From assembly GCA_049724395.1 (NCBI GenBank), contig JAUGWO010000084.1:62001-126000 (forward strand): a stretch of DNA of 64,000 bases, given 5' to 3'. The DNA comes from Spongospora subterranea f. sp. subterranea (taxonomy: Eukaryota). Below are positions 39,511 through 52,463 of this stretch, one piece after another. Within the stretch, counting starts at the first letter, position 1. Each line of letters begins with the position of its first letter. Below the pieces are notes generated by a model. That model did no database searches and was not told the origin of the DNA. It worked only from the letters and a program-made list of their open reading frames with translations. The position numbers and the translations under genes were made by a program.

Positions 39511-40351
39511 TCTATCGCTTTCTTCGTGGAATAATTACAACCGATTGTGTATAAAATGCGCAGAATGGTTCATAAAACTCAGTCACAATATCCCCAAGGT
39601 TTATTGACTGCAATCGCACCTGCAAGAAAATCAGTCGAAAGAGCCTATTCCGGGCCCAATCTGAGCAATATTGAATGAGTTGAAAATTTGGTTATCGAAA
39701 AAAGTGGCAAAAACCCTAAAGTAGCTCAATCGTCAGGATTTTTCAAGGCGCATCATTGTTGTGGTCGAAAACGTCTGTGAGAGGCTGGCTAAAGCTACAG
39801 ACTTCCCACACGGTAGTGTTGTTCTGTTTCCTACACGTGGTGATGCCGTTACAGGTTACAGTGTCACGGAGTTTATGGTTGGCGGAGACGAAGTTCAGCT
39901 CAAAGTTCCGATGTTCACGGCAAGTGCCGGGCGCCCCCAGACTCCGTGGACAACAAACTGGCCATAGTCTACACTCTATCTTCCTAGAACAGCATGCATT
40001 CCCAGATGTCCCCAGATATCTCCCGGTGCCGGGTGTTCAACCGCGGAAACGCGTCATCGCAGATGACGAATGCGTAGCTGTGGCGTGGCGACTGGGGGTA
40101 TTGCCTCGTCGTCAGCTCCAGTCTGTAATCGAGTGTGCTTTCATTCGCTTCCCTGTCGTGCCTTCGGATCTCTCCTCAATGACCGGCACCAATCTCTCCC
40201 CCAGCGCCTCCTCTGTCGTCGTCATTGCCTCCAATGACCGCGCCGCCTCCTCATCGCCCGTCGTTCATAATCACCGGCATCAGTTCCGCGTAACTTCAAG
40301 AGAAGCAGCACTAATGGTTCGGTCGGTTTGACCCGTTGCGTTTGACAGGAC

Positions 40352-41800
40352 ATGTACAAGGCCAACGCAGAGTATGCGGAGGCATCGATATCGCGCCCAA
40401 TTGGGCTCAAGGTGGAATGGCCTCACCACGACGCCGATCGCGCGTGTCGAGCTTTGCTGCAGCCGTTCCACGAGTGGGTTAAAGGCGACTACGCTGCCGC
40501 CTGGAAGAATCCGCCGCGAATTGCGGAAGAGTCGACGCTGCTGGGCGCACGATTCTTAGCACATTGTGGGGTGGCGCTCCCCACTCTCAACGACCTCATC
40601 CTGCAGTGGTAGGCCGAACGTATTGCTTCTGACAATCGCGCTCATCGTTTGCCTTAGTCATCGCATATTTAGCGTGGAGATGTTGAGGTCATTCAAGATC
40701 CAGATGCAATCGATGAAGATTTCCCCGAACACGATGAAGGGTGCTTTCCGCAGCTTGATTACGTTGATTGCATGGTATAATGAATACCTGGCACCTGGAT
40801 CTGGCCCCAATGGTAGGGTATTCCCGTTCCTCCATGTTTTTAATTTGAACCTTGGTGTAGGCAGCATACCCATTGTGATCAACTCGATGATAGAGCGTTG
40901 GATCAAGGACTTGACCTTGACTTGCAACAAGATGACCAAGGTTCGACAGTCATCGGAACGTAAGGCAGGCACTCATAAAAATAACTGCTCATCTGGTCAT
41001 GTTCCAGAATTGAACGTCCACGGCCTTCAAACTACTGTGACGCCGCAACAGGTCCAGGCCGTGTTGGATGAAGCACTTGCAGAGGCAGCGCCATTGCTGT
41101 CGATTCTCAAAGCAGGCGATTTTCCAAAGCCCAAACAAATGCTCTTCCTGAACCAAGTATTCTTGGTCGCGGTCCAGGTAAACCATGCGATTTCTGTTGA
41201 TATATCGCCAATACTGAGTGCAAAGGTTGTACCTGGACCTATGCGCTCCGACCCGTTGTTCGATGACGGTTGCAGACGTTGCCCAACTCGAGGACAACGA
41301 AGGTGTCTGGATAACGAGCAATGCGAAAGATCCTAAGGGGACGGCCGTCCCAGTGGCGGCAGCCCACAACATTCCATCTATACAACTTCTGAAAACCTAC
41401 AGGTTGGAATCGCATTCAAGCACTGCCATCACATTGTTAATAATAATCTATAGGGATATCGTGAGGCCAGCCATGTTCGAGGTCTTTTCGTTGTCGCGGA
41501 AGAAAGTGGGCCAGCACTTTTTTGTGAATAGTAGCGGGCCGGTGACGCGATTATATCCGGCGACGGTCTCGCTGTTCAAGCGGTAAACATTTGAATTCGT
41601 TTATCGCCTGCAATATTTTGAGTGTCTGACAAACTGGTTGAAAGGTTTTTGCCCGAATACCATGTTTCACCTCAGACGATTCGAAAAACCTTTGATACCA
41701 TCTCATGATCATAAAAAACCACTCCATCGTTGTTATCCTTTGACACTCGCTAGAGCAATATATAATCTTGTTCAATCGTTGCTGATCGAAAATAACTGGA
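40352..41800 (+). pseudogene. Intron-containing tyrosine-recombinase-like gene (Crypton-like element), frameshifted
   Basis: Core-binding-like ISPNTMKGAFRSL; box I-like PGPMRSD..MTVADV (41241); LKTYRDIVRP; HFFVNSSG; HVSPQTIRKTFDT (41661-41699); TLARAIY (~41743-41763). GT-AG introns, a frameshift near 41260 and a stop at 41706. Confidence 0.6.
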
Positions 41801-41994
41801 GATCGACGATCTCCTGTGTTAGAGTACAAGAAAAGTTCCGTCTGGTCGGCCGAGCTGCGCCGTCAACTCTTCTGCATCGGTCGTCACGCCAAGTGTGTAA
41901 CGCTTAGGGATGGAGACAGGCGGTAACGCAGAGGTGATCAGAGCGGACAATGGGGATGGCGCTAGGGAGGGTCATGGCCCCCTGACTCTGGGTC

Positions 41995-43273
41995 ATGAGA
42001 GCCTGCAATATTCCGCATCCCGACAAGCTAGAATTCGGCGGCGAGGACGCCTTCGTCGTCTCAAACAGATATCAGATATTCGGGATCGCCGATGGAGGTA
42101 GTGTGACTTCTAGTGATCTCAACATTAATTTATTTTGCCGTTTGATACTGATCGCTTGACACACGACTTGGCCCCGATGTTTCACAGTGGTGATCTGCTC
42201 ATGTTGTTTCAAATTTTTCACGAATAATTGTCAACCCATTTTTCTCTCTAAATTTCTGTCTCCTACGATATTGGATGCTTTTCATAACGTCTTCATCCAC
42301 GTCAAAAAATATCATGGCAGTGCTGGGAAAAGCGATCGCAGTAATTTTTTCCTGTTTTAGGCAGGTGGCCTCAATTGTTAGTTTTGATCATATGAACCTT
42401 AGTTTCCCGAAGTCGGGTGTACGGTTTTCCAAGTAAAACTGCTCGTGTATTGCTGGGCATGGCGCACAAACAGACCACCTATGGTGCTGATCTCGATCAT
42501 TGTATCACCTCGTCGTTCAACATGCTCGCACGATACAATATCAAAGGCTCATCTACCCTGCTATGTCAGTTCCTATCGATTTTTGTGTATTGAAATTTCC
42601 GTTCGCCAATCTCTCTCGTGATGTTTAGTCGCGAAACTGATTGCCGGGCGATTGCACATTCGTAGTCTTGGCGATTGCCAGTTGATCCTGTTGAGACGCC
42701 AAGCGGATAAAAGTTTTGGCATCTTTTATATCACGAATCCGCAGTACAACGACCGGTCAGGAGCAACAATCTGATGTTTTTGAGCGGGCTATATTCACTG
42801 TTAAAGTTTTCAGCCGTCGTCGATGCCCATTTCAGATCGGATTCGGTCTGCGCCCTCGTTTCTATAACAAGATCAACGATAGGTTCGCTGATACGATTTC
42901 CGTTAACGAGGGCGATTTAATCATTGCTGGATCCGATGGCCTGTTCAACCCTCTAGGAGTTGCCCGTATTATCAAAGTCGTCAACGACTCCATAGAACGC
43001 GGCTATGAAAACCTTGCCGAACGTCTTTCCCATCACGTATTGTTCATTTGAGGATCGTCTTAACTTGCCCTTACCGTTTTCCTTTGTGTTCAGGCGCGAA
43101 AGGCGACTATAGGACGAGATGGGGTCCATCTTGGATGCGACGATATATCCACAATTGTGGCGTTAGTTAAACGCCCCGGGAACGATTATATCCCTCTTGA
43201 TGACGTCAACAATTTCGACCACGTAATGGATTGCATTGAGTCTACCTATTTCCCCATCTCGTGCATATTCTGA
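41995..43273 (+). CDS. PP2C-family protein phosphatase, PTC7-like (multi-exon; 5' end uncertain)
   Basis: IPHPDK..GGEDAF, GIADG, GSSTL, LGDC, CPFQIG, GDLIIAGSDGLFN and DDISTIVA motifs. Confidence 0.85.
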
Positions 43274-43824
43274 TTTCTTGTCGATCTCCCTATATGGTCA
43301 CCGACTTTGCTTCCTTTTTTTGTAATAGTGTATAAAATCCCGTATTTAATCGCCGATGGCTGTATTCGTCATCATCGTTTCGTCTAGTTACGTTGGGTTA
43401 CCATGATCACGAACTGCTCATTGAGATCATCTTCGCCTTCAGAGGCGTATGAAGATTGAGACGAAAATTTCCGGGCGTTCGGTTGCCAAGTCTACTGACG
43501 GATCGTTCTGTTCCATTGCCAAACGGCGACAATCTTTCGAACAGTCGATTCTGTGAGTGTTTGATGATACTCACAGAATCAACGGTGAGCTCCGAAAGCC
43601 GAGTGATGTTGGCAAGGTGCAACCCGGGATGCTAAGGTTTAAGCAAGTAAAAACCGCGGTCATATTTACGCCATGAATCGAACATTGTCTTGGCTGAATT
43701 AGCCCTAGGCGCGATTTTCACAGGAGTTCGTGATTGGAAGGATCCAAACTCGGAAGTTCGTTTTGATATACATTATCGACATTGTATTCTGACACCGCAA
43801 AATACCGTCCTAAACATGTTTTGA

Positions 43825-45700
43825 TTAAAGAACCATTACCTCAGTTGGGCTAAAATCATCGAAGATGAGGATATCTTCAGATTGTTTTCGAGATGGACTG
43901 GGTTTTCGAAGGCTGAAACTGTCGACAACGTTGTTAGAAAGGTACTCGATGAACTGGAAATCTAATTTTGATCGAGTCGCCGAGATGAAACCCGTTCCGT
44001 ATTGGTCTATCCTTTTCGAAAGCCACGCGGGCCCGGGCTTGGAGGCGTTCGGAGACAATTCCATACCAGCCGCCCCGACAACAAGATGGATGGGTCCAGA
44101 GTAACCGTCATCATCACCCTCTGCAGTCCACACAGCATTAGCAAATTCTCAAACCTACGCCGAGGCCAACTGACTTATAGTGCATTTGTTGTTGAACACC
44201 GGACACGATCGCTGATAGGAATGGTCATGTCCCCACAATGCAATATCGACTTGAGCGGTGATGAACAAATCTTCCAGCTGCGTTCGCATCAGATTCGAAA
44301 CAACCTTTTCCGACGCATCTCCGTATATATCTGCTGAGGTATCGACGTACATTGGTCGATGCCCGGCAACAATCAACCATGGCGTTTTGACTCGGTCAAC
44401 ATTCATGAGATCGTTTGCGATGAAATCGTATTGCTCCGATCCTTTACTGAAATCGTGCTCCGTTGACATCACCAACGTATGCACTGGACCGCTCTCAAGC
44501 GAATACCAGGTTTTTTCCAGACTCCCGTCGGGCGTTGGGAAGCGTCGCCGATATGGTAAGCCACACTCGCCTCCGCTATCATCGACGTCAAACAGCCCAT
44601 TCGAACCTTCATAGTCACGTTCATGATTGCCAATGGCAGTCTGATAAGGCAGCGCCATCGATATGGGTGCGATCTGGTCCAGGAATGAATCCCATGACGA
44701 CTGGAACCCAACAGCGTACGATATATCTCCAATGTGCAGGAGGAAATCAGCCAACTCCAAGTTGTCGATCAGATATTCAGTTGTTTTGCGACTCGCCGGT
44801 TGGGTCCAGAAGGGCGACAGTGCTCCATCGGCAGATGCCGTTCCCACATCGCCGAATGCGAAGAATGATACTGAGTCTGCACCTGGCGCTGGCGGCACCT
44901 TTCCGGTATATGTACGACTCCAACCTGTTTTCACCGAACCGAACTGATATTGGAATGGCATTGAGGGCTCGAGGCCATCAAGAACGGCATGATGTATTCG
45001 ACCGGGTTCTCTCCATCCATATCCAGATGCAGGTGGCCCACACATCTCGTCCTGTCTGTAGGTCGTTGTTGTGGCGTTGGATGTGAATTGTTTCAAACCG
45101 ATTCGGTATCGAACCATTGGCGAATCGGTGTCAAGACTGCTCCACGAAATTCGAACCGAATGCGGTGTCGTGTCAGTGAAGGATATTCGGGCGGCAGACG
45201 GTTCGTTGAAATTCCGGAAAGTAATAGTTTTGGACTTAGCAACGGCAACGGGTGATGACATTCCGCCACGAAAGAAGACGAAGGCAAAATCAGCTCGCAT
45301 GTTGATGATTGAGAATTGGAGGGACCCCGAGCCAGATGACAAATGTGTTGGGCTATGGAAGGCATACTTCAGCTTGATAGGTGCGGTTTGCGTAATATCT
45401 GCAGATGCGGGAGAATACAATGCAACCCAATCTTTATCGTCAGGATGGCTCATACCCGACCTAGGAAAACATCAGAGATGTCGTTGAAAGAATTTCAGGA
45501 AACGACCGAGGATATTACCAGGATACGGTCACCCAATCTTGATTATTTGTTAACTTGTTCTGATCGACTCTAAAGTCGACACTATCGGTGATATTTCCAA
45601 CACTGAACCTCGCTGTCAGAATCTCAGTAGTGGAATGTGATCCTTTGCCCGAGCACAGCCCGAAGGCGGCCACTAGCAGAGCCGCCCATACGATCACCAT
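43825..45700 (-). CDS. Secreted purple acid phosphatase (nucleotide pyrophosphatase/phosphodiesterase-type)
   Basis: Signal peptide MVIVWAALLVAAFGLC, Fn3-like N-domain (APIK..INMRADF, GWREPG) and metal ligands GDVG, GDISYA, GNHE, GHRPMY, GHDH. Two introns. Confidence 0.93.
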
Positions 45701-47038
45701 TGACAACAGAACTCGCTTCCACGGGTTCGATAATGCCAAGCCAAACCGGCCCGATCCCGGCGACGAACCGTTATCGATTTAAGGCAGTCGCCTAAGGGCG
45801 AATGACCAGATGGCGTGACTGACAATGACCAGTATTTGACTGAATAATGTTACCAACGGACGGCCGACGGAGGCACGGCACGTAACGTCACATGAGAAAC
45901 CTCGACCCTGGGCCAATTCTGGACTCTGACACTGCAGAGTGCAGATTGTACAGGAGTTGACATGCGACCTGGCTATGACGTAACCGGACGTGGAACTCTG
46001 CAGTTTGGAACTGATGGTTTTCAAAAAACCTCGAGCTCCTGCTGCACCGTTTTGACCACGACATGTGAGCATCTTGTTGGTGTGTGGTTAAGTGAGCTTT
46101 TGAACTTGAAGACGACCTGAGGGGTATGCCAACCATTACAGTCAGCCTCATTTCGCGAGCCAAACTGGTATTCGGGACCAGCTGACTGAATCTACCTGAG
46201 ATCGGGATGCCCCCCACCCCCTCGTTAATTGTATCGTCTCCTCACGTAATGTCGATCGGTATCGTCGTCAGGCGTTTCAAATCATTTCGCCCGTGCAGCT
46301 GGATTGTTATTTAATCGAGTGGAATGCGTCGCAATGCATCGAGATCGTTTAGCCCTTCTGTGGATAACTCGGAAGGAATCAGGTGTCTCACGAAATTTCC
46401 TGCATTACTGCTGCTGCGGCGGTACCTTTCTGGCGGTAGCACTTCCAAAAAGTTGTTAATTCAGATAATCTTGACTTCAGAGTACAGTTGCAGGATTTGG
46501 CACAATCTTCTCAGTTTTGGTCACCTGGCATTGGTTTCGTGATGATTTTTGTTTATCGCAATTGCAACATAGATCAAAAATAGGATGAAAACAAAACAGA
46601 AAAATGATGCTGCCTGAGAAAATAAATCACTACCGGATTAAGTTTCAGTTGGCGTAACGTCGGTTATCGAAATAGCGAAATTGCTATGCAGTTTCGGTTT
46701 GTTGTTGGTAAAGACGGCTGTGAGGAGACCGATTGGACAAAATGCACAGAGGTTTATTCTGCTTAGGATGTTTAACGTTGTCGGAAACCATTGTCAAACA
46801 GAAATTGTACGTGACGTCGTACACGAGGGTGGTTGTTGCTGTCACAGTGTCACCTCTCCAGACTCAACTTTACGATACAGTACTGGTTCACGGATATTCT
46901 GTTCCCCCTTCAGGTCAGTACGTGTGAGTGTGTGTATACACGACCGCCCCGACCTGACGGAATCACTGAAACCGCATAAGGCTGCGCCTGGCAATTGCCC
47001 ATTTGGAGAGACGATTCGAGGTCAGGGGATAAGCCAAC

Positions 47039-47548
47039 ATGAAGCCGGTAAGCGAAAGCGCTGAACGGAAATTTGACGGTTTACGATGTGGAATAGGGTT
47101 TGGGCAGGGGCGGAGCTGAACCTAAAAATCAGGATGTCGCTTGGGAGGATCAAAAGCGAATCAACCGGTTCGGCAAACTGAATCTGAAACACGAGGAGAT
47201 TATGGATGAACTCAAAACCGAGCAGGTATAGGCATGTGGTTTACGATTAGCAAACGCTAATATTTTTGCTAGAAAAAGATGGAGGAATTCAAGGACGCTC
47301 AAGCGGCCATTGAAACAGCCATGGATGATGGCGATCTCATGGTCAATTTCGGCGCTATATTCGTCGAGTCAACCGAGGATGAGGCGGCCGAGTATATTCG
47401 CAAGTCATCCGAGGCGATATCAGCGAAAATCCAACGCGAACAGTCGATGCTGAATGCCATCGAACGGGAAATGCAAGAGCTCAAGGCGGCATTATACGCC
47501 AAGTTTGGATCATCAATCAACTTGGAGACAGCGGCCGTCGACGTTTAA
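47039..47548 (+). CDS. PFDN4: Prefoldin subunit 4
   Basis: DVAWEDQKRINRFGKLN and LKAALYAKFGSSINLE. Three exons. Confidence 0.93.
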
Positions 47549-48313
47549 TATCTATACCATGTCGTACTAATCTCGAAATTAGTAATGTATACCAATTCAG
47601 ACTCGATTAACTTACCCAACGTAACTTCGTGAACGTCTTCTTGAAAGTACTTGACCCGCAAAACAATGCGGTGAGAAAGAACCATTCCGTCTACGAAAAT
47701 TGGGGTGAACGGCGGTCCTACCTCGTGCTTTGCATAAAATCTGGCTGATCTAGTCCCAGAACTATCCGGTCATTAGAGACACCTTTGAGCATTGTTTTGC
47801 GTCAACAATGATGCGTGTCTAAAATCTTGCATCTGAAACCGACGCTATCGAAAACCGTGTAGTCGCCAACATTTAGCACTCCCATCCAATTCTGGCACCT
47901 GTACATTACTCAAGTTTGTTTTGCTAGATTATAGGTTCAGTTCCCAGTTTTTAGCCGATTGGATCAGGTTTCAGATTTCGTGACGCAAACTGGGAGAAAG
48001 TAGAATTTTCAGGTGCAGATCGCTCAAGTCCAGCCAGACCTTGTAGGTCGTTTGCCTTGCTGGGAGTATAGCAATGGGTGTTTGGTTGAACAGGATTACG
48101 TATGAACACGGATTTCACCCACAGTTTCCATCTCCGATTGATTACGATCATGTCTGTTTTCCCACGAGAGCATATCGACGCACCATCCGATATCAACAGC
48201 AGAATAACAAGCAGGCAGAAGGCCCTCGTATGATCTATATATATATTATATACTGGTTTGGGGGACGATGGTGTCGGGATTATTATAGCGGCGCACGTTC
48301 CGAGCTAAACGAA

Positions 48314-51300
48314 TCAGGAGACGACGGTGGTGGCGAATAGCTCTTGCTGTAATTTCCTGGCCTTATCGTTGCTCAAAGCGGCGACCTCATCTTCCCAAAT
48401 ATGTGTTCCTAATGCCGTCCTCAACGCTAGCAGCAACTGCCTGTTTGCGCGATGCACATCCCCTTTCCTTTCGTCTAACATGGCGATCGCCAACGGGAAT
48501 CCATACTTCCGGATCGCCGATTTGCTCGTCACCAGCTCCACCAATGCCGCCAGTTTGGTCACCGCCGCGCATTTCACACGAATATTCCCGAATGACGCCA
48601 ACCGCCCTAATTGCATCAACAATTCCGGCCCATGGCTGCGTTGCATTATCATATCCATGACCGACGAAGCCGACGCCCGAATGTTGGCGTGTGAGGAAGC
48701 TAAACAGGCACCTAATGGCGGTAATAAATCATTGAGCGCCGCCGCAGGTAAGAGCCACGAACTCGCGGCCAGAACCGCGCTCAACGTCTCCAACGCGCAG
48801 AAATTAATCTTGCTGTTGACGTCGGACAACCGTGGCGCTACACGCTGTAATATCTGCAGTACATCGCCATCGGATAAAATCGTCGGATCATTACGAATCG
48901 AATCTAGCACGTTTTCAAGCCCTACAAGACGATATGCCATCAACGCTAGCGAAGATTGTGTAAACGGGGGGTGTACCGTGAAGGCGACGACGCCATTCCA
49001 CTGAAGCTAGATCGGCCTCAACCATAGCGCCAAAGGTGAACCCTGAAACCGCCTCAATTGGATCCGATGACGAAAGAACCGGCACATCGACATCATCATC
49101 TGACGCGTGGCCTCTGGGTGGCGTAACGCTGGCCGGACCGTGATGCCGGTAACGTGTGGAATGAATTGACGGGGCGATCATTGATGGCTCTTTGGCGAGA
49201 ACACCGCGAACCAGATCAGTTTGGCGCGTGGTTAGAACGGACGTGGCCGCGTCCAACAGCACTGATGTGGACGAGCGCGCCACAAGTGCGAATAGTAACT
49301 GTTTAGCGCCAAGACGAACATCACTTGCCCCTTCTTCCAGGAAAGAGCACGCTAACTTCAGCGTGCGTTCGTATAAAGCTTGTGTGCAGCCGCGCCTGTT
49401 AACACACGAGGCAAGACATTGCCCGATCTTGGCTTTTTCACCATGGGTACGGCCTCGTACTTCCAATAACGCCAGCAGACTGTGTCGCAGTTGGGACATC
49501 GATTCCAACGCTTTCTGGGCCTCTACGGCAAGGAATTCGTTGGCGTCGGTGGCGCGACGTAATAGGTCGGGAATTAAGGCGATCAGAAGGCTGCGATCGT
49601 TCATGGTCCCACTACAATAAGTCAACAGATCTGTGATGGTCAATAACGCCGTCCGCACAAGCGACGACCTAAGTGAGGACAGAGCCGCTAGAATGGAGGT
49701 GAGTAATGTTGTTCTGTGGATATGTGGCGCCAGATCCTGAGAGTGGTGTACAGCCAGGCGGCGCAGTGTTCCCAACGCTGAGAACTGCATCTCCCATGAC
49801 GTCGATTGCATATCCGAGATCACTTTCACACATTCGCCATCGATATCCGCGCAATGTATTAGCGCCATCACCTCGCTCGTATCCAGGTATTTGTCGCGAC
49901 ACTCGACACCTTCCATCCGTCGACCAGACGCCGATGCGCGATGGGAAAGTCGCCTGGGTGGTTTCCACACATCACTTAGAGTTTGTGACAGAATCGCTGT
50001 TTTTCCAGAATTTCCATCGCTTCCGCATACAGCAGCTGGGAAAGTCTCTGAGAACGCTTCTTGCGATGGAGAGCGTTGAACTTGAGCACTCAACGCTCGG
50101 CGTCCCTTGGCTTTCAAAGAGCGAAGTTTCGATGCGATATGGGTTGGGTCGTTGTTCCAAAGAGGTTGTTTCGCAACAAAATCGCCAGAATTCGAGCTCG
50201 GCAACTGAGAACTGATATCGTTCTTCACCGCCACTGTCTCTTTCACAGGGAGAGCAGAATGAATTGGTCGAGAACGAGGGCGGCGGCGGGGGAAAACGCG
50301 AAGGAATGGGAAATGGACCCGGTCAAGACCGGCGGCATTCGGGTTCAGGGTGGGCAATTGGCCGTGCGGGATACGCGCCTGTACCACGCTGGGCAGATCG
50401 CCTGGCAACGTGCCAGGATATGATGCCGATATCAGCGTCAATAATTCCACTATTAACTGCCACAAACATCGCATCAAGAACAGAAGAGTCAATACTTGTT
50501 GAAAATCATGCGACGGTAATAATGGAGGTGAAATCTGCTAAAAGTCAATAACATTTGTCAATAGAACCCAAGTGAGAACGGGATTTGTCACGTGAAACCA
50601 CAGGTCGTTCGAAGGAAAAAGCCCAAAACGCGCCGAAAGGAACAAAATGTTGAATTACTTTAGGTGGTTGAAGGGCGTGATCAAGAGCGTGCAAAAGGGC
50701 GAGGGTTAACGGGCGAACATGGTGATCGGGGGCGGGGATGGTGGCCGACAGCAGCGTTAGGACGAGATAAGTGCAATATGTGAGGAAGGTTTCGTGCACG
50801 ACCCCACGGAGAAGGCAGGACGTGATCGCCGGCAGCACGGCACCCGCGCTCCACTCGATCAGCTTCATGACGATATCGGCGTGTATCGGACGACTCGGCC
50901 CAACTAGGCCGGCGACGCCAACAAATGACGGGACGCCCAACAACGAGACGTCACATTCCAATGATGGTCGGTGCCTATTCAAACCATTGTTAATTCCGCA
51001 TGGAAATCAAGTTTGAACAACAACAAGTTGGTGTCGTTTGAGGTCGAAACTCGAATTATTAGGGATAATCGGTGCTGATTCATACAGGATGATGTCCCCA
51101 AGCATTTGAAGTGCCAATGGAGCGCAGGCTGGATCACGAATGAGATCGAATACGAGGAAGTTTATGAACCCGGGCACAGCGATCACTGAGGCGTCAGAGA
51201 CCGTCCTCAGGAGACTGGCTATATCGCCAACAAGGCCTGCACGTGTCGGCTTCGACAATGAACACCGCAGCTGGTCGAACATCGAGTTTGGGATAAATCC

Positions 51301-52062
51301 GAACACTGGCTGGCTAACATGCCCCTCCAGGGTAATCAGCGATGCTGACGCTGTCTGAGACACGATCGCGTTGCTGTCGTTTTGCGCCAGGCGGCGGATC
51401 TCGCTGAAAAACGTCGTCGACCGGATGATGCCTTGAACATAGAGGTGGACGAGGGCGGCGATCGCCTCACTTCGCACGGCGTCATCGAAATTCCTCAGAC
51501 CGCATACCTCCAGTGCATCAGTCACCACTTCGGCGCTAGTCACTGCCAAGATCTAGAGCAACAGAAAAAAGCAATGAATATCCACTGCGTTGGTCGGAAC
51601 GTTGTGATCATCTGCGGGATCAAGGTCATGGCGTTCCGTAACGTGCAATGTACCGGTACAGCGATAACGTTTCAGTGTAGCTCGTGCCGCGTACAGTCAA
51701 TGGGTTTTAGCGTCAGTGCAGTAAATCATAGCGGTGTAACAAGATATAGCGCGTTCAAAGGTTAGCGTTACCTCGACAGTTCGAAGAGCGGCCGCTGCGA
51801 CGGCTGGATTGGAATGTGCTAGAGCGCTGATGAGATTCGGGGCAATGGTCGGTATGGCGGATGACGGCAAAGGCGGGTCCATATCAGCAACAATGTGCAA
51901 GGCGTGAACTGCGACGACGGCATTGGGATCGTTGATACAAACAGAAACAGCCGAAGCGACCTCCGCCGGCGAACATCGACGGTGAAGGGAGTAGACCTGG
52001 ATTGTGTCGGTGCTCCGTAGCACCTGGATCAACTCAGCAGTGATCGGCGCCATGACGACCAT
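48314..52062 (-). CDS. TOG-array HEAT-repeat protein (TOGARAM/crescerin or CLASP-like)
   Basis: WEMQFSALGTLRRLAVHH, SSLRSSLVRTAL, NEFLAVEAQKALESM and RLSDVNSKINFCALE TOG-type repeats; multi-exon. Confidence 0.75.
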
Positions 52063-52463
52063 CGGGTTCTTTACCGAATCAGGAAGTATCAAGCTCCAAT
52101 CCCTAGTAGGGATTGGAAAAATTGATTATTCCCAGGAAACGGATCGACCAACTCTACGGGGGTGTTTTATATTATTAGCACGCAGATCGCCACCAGGGTA
52201 CCACGTTTATGGCCCTTTTGCATTTGTTTTCCATGGCATAAGCATTTTGGGGCGTCTGTATCGTACCGAAAGACAATGATCAACTGGAACATGCGGTCAA
52301 TCAACCGATGCGTGCACAAAGTCCAACGTTAATAAGATGACCAACTTGTTTGAGTTTGGCGACTAACACCATTTAGTAGTGATCTTAGAGTTGACTGATA
52401 CATTGTATTGTTCACATAAATAGAGATTGGTACATTGTTTTTGCGGAAACAGATCAGACGAGG

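Noticed and set aside
45779..47064. Short ORFs between the phosphatase and prefoldin genes
   Set aside because: I could not build a consistent spliced model or recognise any motif; treated as intergenic or unresolved.
48327..50551. Long plus-strand ORFs antisense to the TOG-repeat gene
   Set aside because: Antisense shadows of long GC-rich exons with no recognisable motifs.
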